A DNA stretch of 64,000 nt from the human T2T-CHM13v2.0 reference genome, Homo sapiens. The notes below the pieces were generated by a model, which saw only the letters and a list, made by a program, of their open reading frames with translations, ran no database searches and had not been told where the DNA came from. Below, in pieces: positions 54,693 through 64,000 of the stretch; position 1 is the first letter of the stretch; the number at the start of each line of letters is the position of its first letter. Location of the stretch: assembly GCF_009914755.1 (NCBI RefSeq), contig NC_060947.1; one strand, written 5' to 3'. The translations under genes and the position numbers were made by a program.

Positions 54693-57600
54693 TGAATTTC
54701 CAGGTTTTATACACTGCATCTGACTTAATCTTCACAACAATCCTAAGGGATGGGAAATAATATTCCCTATTTTACAGATGAGGAAACTGAAGCTGAAAGA
54801 GATAACACAGTAAGGATACACAGTAAGTAGCTCTTACTAAACGTGCTCCTAACCATTAGTCTACACTGCTTCCCACAAAGTCCACAGTTTCATAGAGAAA
54901 GACAGATGCCCTTTGTCAGATCAGTATCTACCTACTCAACCTTGTACGTGGCCTTCAAACCTTCCTATCCAGGAGGCTATCCTGGGGTTGCTTATCTCTA
55001 AACCCAGAAGTTCCTATTGAGATATTTCACACATGCATTGTCACAGTGTTTTGGGGCCTCTTTTTAAAATTCATTGTTGCAATTTTGTGCCACAAAAGAA
55101 GTTGAAATTGTGGCCATGTATCAATTGGAGGCAGGCAAAGGTAGGAAGTGACACACATTGACTATCTTGCTTACAATTTTCAGAACTGGACCCTGGTTCT
55201 TACTGGAAGCCCCTTTACACTCTCAGAAAGGCTTTGCCTGCACTTAACGACTTATCCCCATCCAAGCTCCCCTGGCCCAATAAAAGCATTTCCAATCTTT
55301 TAGGTGTTCCAGAGACCCCTGAGCCCCAGGAGGTAGTTTTTACTCACAGTAAAACCACTGAAATGCAACCACAGATTATTCCAAAATAACTATTTCAAAT
55401 AGGATCTAATTATATATGCATAATTAAGCTATTTTATAGAAAGTTATGATTTCAATTGAGCTACATATTTCTGAGACATTATTGTTATTTCTTTACAGTT
55501 CCTACAAAATTCATTGGAAAATTAAGAATTATGCCTGTGTACTGGGAAATTTTAACCCATTACAGTCCTGCCTCCTTTCTACATAGTTTCTTTAAAAGAC
55601 TTTTTAGGCAGTCTTTGTCAGATTAATATCTACCTACTCAACCTTATATCTCTCTTCTAATCTGAAGAGAGAACACAGATTTCCAAGGACAGCCTGGCTG
55701 AGCTGTAAGATGATTCTGGACTTCTCACCAGCCCTCTTGGAGGCACAAGTTCCCAAATTTTTTTACAATGACTCTCAAATTCTACCTACATCTGTCCCGT
55801 TTCCCCAAAAGATCATCTAAACACTTGTTTCAGCTCAGCTGGAAAGGTGAGACAGGGCCTGGCTCATGTACAACAGCAAACAATCTGGCAAACTGGGATT
55901 GGTGGGTTATGTGGCACAATTTCAGTTCACAAAGGTCCTCCCAAACATATCTCAACTTTGATCCCAAATTTCCACCAGTGGAGCTTTATTCCTTTAGTGC
56001 AAAGTTTTGCAAAATCTCCCTCTGTAGCCCATCTTCCCTCAACTCCTTTTTATTCATTTACACTGTGTTCTTGCCTTTTTAGAACATTTGACAGGTCCAG
56101 AGTCATGCCCTCCAAAGGTATTCACCTTTGGAGGGGCATTAGTGAGGACATTTCCCACTACATCTGTGGTTCCCAGATTTCTGGATTTTGGAAATGAATA
56201 AAATTATACCCATATTTAAGGTCACCAGCCTCTTAATTTGACAAGAAAATAAGTGGGGAAAAAATAAAAAGAAACTAAAAGAAGATTTTAAAATAAAAAA
56301 TATAGGAAGTCTATCACCTCAGAATAAAGGGCAGTCCTTTCAATTGAGCAAATTTAGCTTCATGACAAATTTACTGCATTTTTAGTTTTTACATTTTGCC
56401 ATAAACGGGTCCTGGCCTACACACCAGTGTTTGGGCTTTTGAGATCACTCAACCATTTCACTTAGTGTGCTCCCCTATATATGAAACTTCCTGTGAAAAA
56501 TTTCTTTCAGAACTAGAATGTCACACACACACACACATTATTAAGGGCCATTAAAAGCTTCACTTCCCCTGAGGACTGGTATATTTTTTCTTCATGGAAA
56601 ATGCAAATTATATAACTGATCAGGTTTCCCTTTTTTGTTTTGGCTGCTTTGTCACAGGGGCAGCTCAACTTCAGAAATCAGGTGGGAATCCTATGACCTA
56701 CACACCTGAATTTTAATTAACTTCCCTACCTGGTCTTTGTCTTCTATTCTCATTTATATTTTCCCAGATGCTGATTTATTTTATTTTTTTATAAATTATT
56801 GTATTTTTTCATATACTGTAATCTTTCTTATAAGCTGCCTCAAAGTCTTTGCTGAATGAGGTGATGTAACTCAATAGTTAACCACTGTCTCCATACTGTA
56901 TACCCTTGCATACCTTCCAATCATTGATGCACTGTTTCCTCTGCCTACACTGTTCTTAGTTCTTTCATCCTCCTGACATACTCCTATATATACCTGGACA
57001 CCTAGCTCAAACATTACCTCTTTTGTGAACCTTCTCTGACCACTGCCATCTACCTAGCATTTCCCCTCACCACACCTGGGCTAAAACAATACTTATGTAC
57101 AAGTTTCTATTATGACACTTGCAACATGATAGTGTAGTGGTATTTACTTTGTTGCTTCTGCCACTGCAACTTGAGCTTGAAGGCAAGGATTGTGCCATGC
57201 CCATATTGGAATCCCCTATATCTAGCTCAATAGATTTTCAATGAATGGATGGATAAATAACAGAACAAATGAACAAAATGAAAGGAAGGCCTTTGAGCTG
57301 TTGTCAGTGAACAGCCAGCTCATATTCGAGAACATGTTGGATTAGGGAGAGAATGGGAAAGTTCTAAAAGTATTGGAGTCACTATGAGGGTAGGAAACTT
57401 TGTCTTTCTTGTTCATTGCTCTGTCCGCGGGGCTTCTCACAGTACCTTCATACCGGCAGGCTTCAGTGAATATTTCTTGTATGAATGAATGAATAAGCAA
57501 ATAGTTTGACTCAGTTCTTTCTCCTAATAGTTTCCATGGGGAGTCTTTTCCTTTTCTTTTTAAATGATTTTTCCTATCACTGTGCATTTACTTATTCCAG

Positions 57601-59699
57601 CTAGTTAACGTCATGAAATTCTTATCTCAAAGATCCTCTAGCCCTTGAGCTTCATGTACTCTTCCAAAGGCTTTAAATAGTTTAAAATGTTTCCAAGAGA
57701 AAACAGCTCCACAGCATTTACCTACACAGACTGTGATGTCGAGCGCCTCACTATCTGTATTTCTTGGTGTCTTCCTTGGGAGATAGGACCTCGTTCTTTG
57801 TGGGGACCTCAATACACAGTCTCTATTATGTTGACCAGCTCCTGTTTGTCCTTCTGTGGCCCAGTTAATCTTGTTGTTGCCAGTAATCAAGTCAAAATCA
57901 TGATGTGCTTGTTCCCAAATAAAAATATGACAATACATAGATCATATAAACTCATACATTTTTGTTGAAGTAAAGTACTTCTGTAATATCAAGATAAATA
58001 ACTACAACATTTTTAACCTTTTCAGCTATACAATACAGAACTCATGCATATTCATAAAAGTAGGGTCCCAATTATGTCCAAACCAAATGATGACGCCTCG
58101 GTCTTTTTTTTTTTAAAGGATGACCTGACACAACAGCTAACTGCCAGCTGTTGTGTTAGTACAGGAGCGTGGTGGCATGGAGGAGACTTAAATGAGTATC
58201 TCCAGGTGTAGATATGTTCCATGGTGAATCTTGAGAGTACCATCAGTAGGTAGAATTCAGGTTTGTTTTGAAGAGACATTAATTTTATCTGGTATATATA
58301 ATGTTTACGTATTATTGGCTCTTGGTAAAATATATACCATGATGATGAACAGTGCTCTCCTTTCTCAGGATTGCAACTTTTTTGCCACTAAAAGCATACT
58401 CTATTTGTGGCAGATATTAAAAATAATACAAACCGAAGTCCAGGCCTTCCTGAGGAGCTTGCAGAACAGTGGTCTGTCATGTATCATACAAACTCCTTCT
58501 TTCTTTCTGTTCCCATCAGAGTTGGTCTGTTGGATCCAGTGAGAACTGCCTCCTTAAGAATGAGCAGGGCTTTGCTCTGGAAATAAGGTCCATGAGTCCA
58601 TATTTTCCAATATCTTTCATTATGGAGCAGACACAGTCAATACAGTGGGGACATCATAATGAGGGACTCTTCTCTTTTTGGACTTCACAGGCTCCACACT
58701 TGGCTGCTAAGGATATTTTAATTGAGGGGAAAATAAAGGAAGCAGCAGGTAGTATTCAGCAAGTATCCCTTAATGGGTCCATCCTTGGATTCATCTGGAA
58801 TGACTGGGGCAGAACAATGTTCTTTAACCAGAGGGCCTGACTCTATTGGGTTCCACTAACATTAGTCTTATTTGACCAGCTTCTCAAAGCAAATACTCTT
58901 GCAGGAAAGACAGCTGCCAGCCAGAGGGGACCTCCTGATCTGCCATCATTATGGATTAACTTTATTGAACCACAGCTGTACAAAACACCATGTTAGTTGA
59001 AAGGGAACTCCACACCAAACCTCAGAGATAGCCTGTTTCTACTCCCTACTCAATGAATATAATAATTATGCCAGACATTGCCTTCATGACAAGTGTGTGT
59101 CCAAGAGACTCAGCATCCATGACAGTATAGATTAGAGGTCTCTGGGGGAAGTGAAGGAAGCTTACATTATTGTTAGTTTTTCATCAATGTCAAAAGACTT
59201 TTCTATTGTCACAGACAGGCCAGATGAGACAGGACAAAGAAAAGTCTTCTGGCTCAGTAGGAAACCTCCTGAGAAGCATAAAAGTAGCTGAATTACTGAG
59301 CCTTTGATGGGTGACTTCAGGCAACAGCTCCATGAGGCTTATTTGCTGCCTTTTCCATTTTAAGAAATCTTGAGGCATGGGGTGCTGATCAGGGAGATGT
59401 TTTAACCCATTGTAAAGATGGCAGGCACTCTGTTCTCCAGACCTTGGCAAGAAGAAAGGTAGGGAGCATTGGAGTGTCGTGCCAACCTTCCATTTCTGTG
59501 AAAATCTCCACCAGATTTATAAGGAACAGGCATCAGCACTGTCAGACATATACTGTTCTCTTCACCTGTTGCTGTCCAGTATTTCACCAGGCAAAAATTT
59601 CACGCTTGCATTTGCTGTCCTTCACTATTGTTAAAGGTAAAGATGAGTCATAATTCAACTTTTTGTGAGCCACATCGCACATGTGAACTTGAAACACTA

Positions 59700-59958
59700 A
59701 TAACAATAGCTGAGTTAATTGAGGAATTACTGTGAGCCAGGCATCATTCTAAGGCTTTACATGTATTAACACATGAATCCTCATAACAACCCTACAACAT
59801 AGGTGCCGTTATTATCTGCATTTTACAGATGAAGAAACTGAGGCATAGAGAAGTGAAGTAACTTGTCAACGGTCACACAACTAGTTAATGACAGAGATTT
59901 GAACATAGGCATTCTGGATCTAGAACCCAAGTTCAAATGTCAATGGTAAACTGCCTTC
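59700..59958 (-). mobile_element. MIR
   Basis: Core ttttacagatgaagaaactgaggcatagagaagtgaagtaacttg. Confidence 0.85.
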
Positions 59959-60447
59959 CTAAAATAATACAGAGATGAGAAAAAACCAGTTCACACATAA
60001 CTTAAGTGATTTTATACATAGCTTTACAAAGTATATCTCAGCCTGATGTTATTGCCCCATGCACTTTAAGACAAGAAGGGAACTATTTAACTAATACCAG
60101 CATTTCCATGACCAGGTTTCTAAAGAGTCAATTAACTTTCCCTGGAGCATGGTGGCAGCAGAATCACTGAATTACATACAGGTCAAAGAGAAACCATTTC
60201 TTTACAGTCGTTAAGAAAACAAGATGTGGAGAAGGGGGCCAATGGTAGAAATTAAAAATACTCTTGAGGTTTCAAACGTCTGGTTGAAGCTGGATGTGCA
60301 GAACGCTCATTAGCATATTAGCATTGACAGTGGCTCCATAGCATCCAAATACTTTCAATTTAAGTGGGAGCTTAGCAGCAATTTGAAGAATGTATGTTAG
60401 TACTTCCTCTACATCAAAGAGCATATAGTACTGCTAAGAGTAGTAAT

Positions 60448-60690
60448 AATGATGACAGTTTATCTTTATTGGGTGCTTATTATATGGTAAGCAGTGTGCT
60501 AAGTATATTATTTAATGTCCACAGTAATCCTGTGAGCTAGGACACTATCATTATCTCCATTTTACAGATGAGAAAACTGAGGAACAGAGAGGTCAAGTAA
60601 CTTGCTTAAGGGTAACACAGTAAGTGGCAGAGCAAGGACTCAAACCCATGTAATCCCCTGACTTCAAGGCTTGTGTTGTTAAGCACTAAG
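60448..60690 (-). mobile_element. MIR
   Basis: Core cattttacagatgagaaaactgagg...aggtcaagtaacttgc. Confidence 0.85.
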
Positions 60691-61284
60691 CAAGATACTG
60701 TTATGAGGATTCAAGCCCTCCACCACACTGTTTAGAAAACTTACCCCAATCTTCTAGCCTTATTATTGACCCCAGCTCAAGCTTTGGGTCTGTAATGATT
60801 GCTTGGTGGCATTTTTGTTCTCAATGCTAGGCCTTTCTTTTCCATGTTATAGATGGATGGCTAAGTATTGAATATTACTTTGTGAGCATAGATTTATGCT
60901 TATATACGATAACTTACAAATCATATGATATCAGTTAACATTTAGTCCCCTGGAACACAGCGCAGATGTGGCCTCAATATTTTTCCTGGGACTTTTACAC
61001 ATATGGTCCAGACTGTCATAAACTGGAAATATTTAAGTCAAATTAGATTGTCTAGTCATCTTAGACTATAAGTGTTGTGACTCAGGGACACTCCACAATA
61101 TATATTTCAGTTTAAAACAATATAAAACAATATATATTTCATATAAATATATAAAACAATATATATTTCAGTTTAAATTCTATTATAATCAAATAATAAA
61201 GAGGTACTAAATAAAAAACTCGTTACTTCCTTAGAAATGTCTATGAGAAATACATTAGTAATGATTTTTGAAGTATTTTAATAG

Positions 61285-61510
61285 CTGCCATTTTTGAGTA
61301 CCTTCTATGTACCAGACATTGTGCTAAGTATGATTTAATTGTCATAACAATCCTAGGAGTTAGGTACTATTAGTCTGACTTTGTAGATGAGGACACTGGG
61401 TCTCAGAAGATACACAACTGCTCGAGATCCAATAGTGAAAGAAACAGGCTTGGAAGCCAAGCAGACTGAATCCAGAACCTGACCTCTTAACCACTCTGCA
61501 ATACTGGCTC
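61285..61510 (-). mobile_element. MIR
   Basis: gagtaccttctatgtaccagacattgtgctaag; tttgtagatgaggacactg. Confidence 0.7.
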
Positions 61511-61981
61511 CTACAGTAACATTCACTGATCCCAGATTGGCCCTACCAGTCATTCAAAACTTAAGGAGATCCATGGTCCAATCACGGTAGCTCTCAAAGG
61601 ATGTTTGGTTGTTCATTTCAATTGTTGTTGTTCTAATGGAGAAGAATACAGTCCAGTGAACTACAACCTATGGTATGAATTATAGTAGTTTGGCAGAGTT
61701 CTTTGCACCTGCCATATATAGAATTTAGACTCCTTTTTTTTCTCCACCCATTTCTTATTCACATACCTTTTTTTCTTCATGTTTGGTTGCTTTTATGCTT
61801 GTTTCTTGGCTTTTGATGTAATAACATTTCTTAATTCATTATTAGTATTGCTGTCTAGTGGACCTCACCCTCATTATAACTTATAAGGATTTAAAACCTA
61901 GGCTGGAATTGTGAAATAATATTTTTGGGGGTGTAGCTAACTATATAAATAAATGGCAAGACAAAATGGCATTACTCTAAA

Positions 61982-62128
61982 TCTGTTTCTCAAATTTAGT
62001 GTGCCTGCGAAGCACCTGGGGACCTTGCGAAAATGCAGCTTCTGATTCAGTAGGTCTGTGCTGGGGCCTGAGATTCTGGGATTCTAAGTGGTTCCCAGGT
62101 TATGCAGGGCACACTTTGAGTAGCAAGG
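61982..62128. mobile_element. MER5A1-like MITE
   Basis: aaaatgcagcttctgattcagtaggtctg...ggggcctgagattctg...cacactttgagtagcaagg. Confidence 0.8.
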
Positions 62129-62891
62129 TTCTAGATTGGCCTGGTCCTGTTGTGCTTTTAAGTAAAGTCACAATTAATTGAATCTGGGGAGATTAATGTT
62201 TAGGCTGTTTAAAAAGCTGCCTCAGGCTCCCTGAGATGGCAATTCTCAAATGTCTTCAAAAATTTATTGTAATAATTAATTAGCTCTCACTGTCCAGGAA
62301 GCTTTTTTGTGTCTAAACAAAACCCTCCAGGTGCTGTGATGTTCTGCTTCTCATTTTATCTTCAGCGGAGATGGAGTTAGTCCACCATGTCAATTCTATT
62401 ATGGGTTACTTTGTTTATGTATATATGTATGTGTGTGTGTATTTACACACAGTTCTTCAATGTTAAAAAGAGTCTTTGGGCTGTCCTCCACCGTCTCCTT
62501 TCCTCTCCTCTAGGAATCTTAAGATCTTGGAGATATCTAAGTCAGTTCTCTTCCTGTCTCCATGTTTATTTGCCTCCTCTATGAAATCTATAAAATTACA
62601 CACGCTTTGTAATTCCTTGCCAAAATCCTGTTGCCTTGTATTTCAAAGAGCTGTTTAAAGCTTCAATGACCCTAGCCTGCATTGGATATACACCCAGCAT
62701 GTCCAAAGTGCAAAACGGAGTATACTAGTAACTACTGGCCACCCAGACTATAAAGCTCATATTACAAAAATGCACACTCTAGGCAGAATCTGGTAAATGT
62801 CAACTTCAAAATAAGTTGTGTCATACTGCTATATTTATAACCACATGGTCAATAAAAATAAGCACTTGCGAGGTGATTAAAAATAACATAC

Positions 62892-63026
62892 CAGGTAAAA
62901 TTGGTTGTCCGGCAATTCCCAGCGGTGCCATTCCAAGATTATTCATTGCTGTGGCCCATGCAGTTGGATCAGACATAGGTAGTGTCATTGCAGTGGAATC
63001 CACGTTCAGAGTTCTACTGTTATCGG
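62892..63026 (-). CDS. ENOX2: ENOX2 exon A (135 nt): (A)DNSRTLNVDSTAMTLPMSDPTAWATAMNNLGMAPLGIAGQPILP(D)
   Basis: Acceptor tttcttttcag|CCGAT, donor CCTG|gtatgt. Fully coding in the long isoform; internal ATG at 62988 (MTLPMSD) starts the shorter isoform. Overlaps ORF 62821..63003. Confidence 0.95.
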
Positions 63027-63257
63027 CTGAAAAGAAATGACAAGCAAAATAATTTGTTGTGTTAAGGTTCTAGCAACTAGTTTACTTATAAACATAAATT
63101 CTGGCAAACTGTTTATAGAAATGGCTGGAGAAATGGACAAGTGGTGGATAAGGCCTCAATGCCAGCTTTCTTATAAGGGTTAAAACAACACAGCTTGAAC
63201 TGGCAGGAAGTCATGGAATTTGAAAGTAATTTACCAGATGGCATTTTAGTATAAGTG

Positions 63258-63313
63258 TTTCCTTCCTTCTCTCCCTTTCTTCCTTCTCTCTCTCTCTCTC
63301 TCTCTCTCTTTTT
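63258..63313. repeat. CT-rich tract with (CT)n microsatellite
   Basis: Directly visible. Confidence 0.9.
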
Positions 63314-64000
63314 TCAAGCATACACAACAGAGGAGCTTGGAATGATTAAGAAGTTTTCTATTCTTCTCACAGTCTACTAGCATATGATTACTTCAGCAGC
63401 TTCCATCCAAACTACTTATGCATGTAAAGCAAGAAAAAACATCCTAGGGCTTCTGTAGTTGGCAATAAAAGATGAAAATTATACTCCTGATGTAATTTCA
63501 TATCTTTGAAGCAGTACTATTGAATAGAGCTGGACACACAATCAGCAGACATCAAATTAGCTGAATGACAATTTTGGGGGTTAGGGGAACAATGAGAAAA
63601 AGCAGACTAGAGACACAGTCCCTGCCCTCAAAGGTTGTACAATAAAATTGAAGAGACTGATGATGATGGTGATAATTATTACCATTATCACTGTTATCAC
63701 CACCTCCACCCACTACTACCTCTGTTGAACACTTACTGTATGCCAGGTAAATCACTTGGCATGCATCATTCTCATTTAACTTTCAGAACAGCCCTATGAG
63801 GTAGGGACTATTTATATCTCCATTTAATAGAAGTTTTAGAGACATTTAAGAGAAGTTTCGAAAGGTCAAATATATTGTCCAAGGTCATACAGAATGTATA
63901 ATTTTTAGCCACTATGCTTTACTATCTCCAGTTAAACAACTAGGAAACAATGAAAGACTCAAATGGTATAGATCAGAAATGTTACTGTAGTTTATGGTAT

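Overview
Human/great-ape genomic DNA that lies entirely inside the ENOX2 gene (X-linked, minus strand). Seven consecutive coding exons were mapped by hand with GT-AG boundaries and a continuous reading frame (ADNSRTLNVDSTAMTLPMSDPTAW...EMTETKETEES); the gene continues beyond both window ends. The introns contain a full-length processed pseudogene of SPRING1/C12orf49 (5370-7799, + strand, poly(A) remnant, 13-bp TSD) and many interspersed repeats (L1, Alu, Tigger1, MaLR LTRs, MER5, MIR, L2, an Hsmar1/MADE1 half-element). Most six-frame ORFs are repeat-derived or chance. Leads worth testing: a + strand two-exon unit at 9.5-10.0 kb that splices into a 72-aa candidate membrane micropeptide; a hairpin-containing candidate poison exon just after the second mapped exon; an all phase-1 symmetric exon series bracketed by inverted Alus; a distant-branch-point acceptor; a ~350-bp inverted duplication with a 32-bp tandem spacer; and several reconstructable TE rearrangements. 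Repeat subfamily names and ancient-repeat boundaries are by eye and approximate, and nothing here proves a new biological system.
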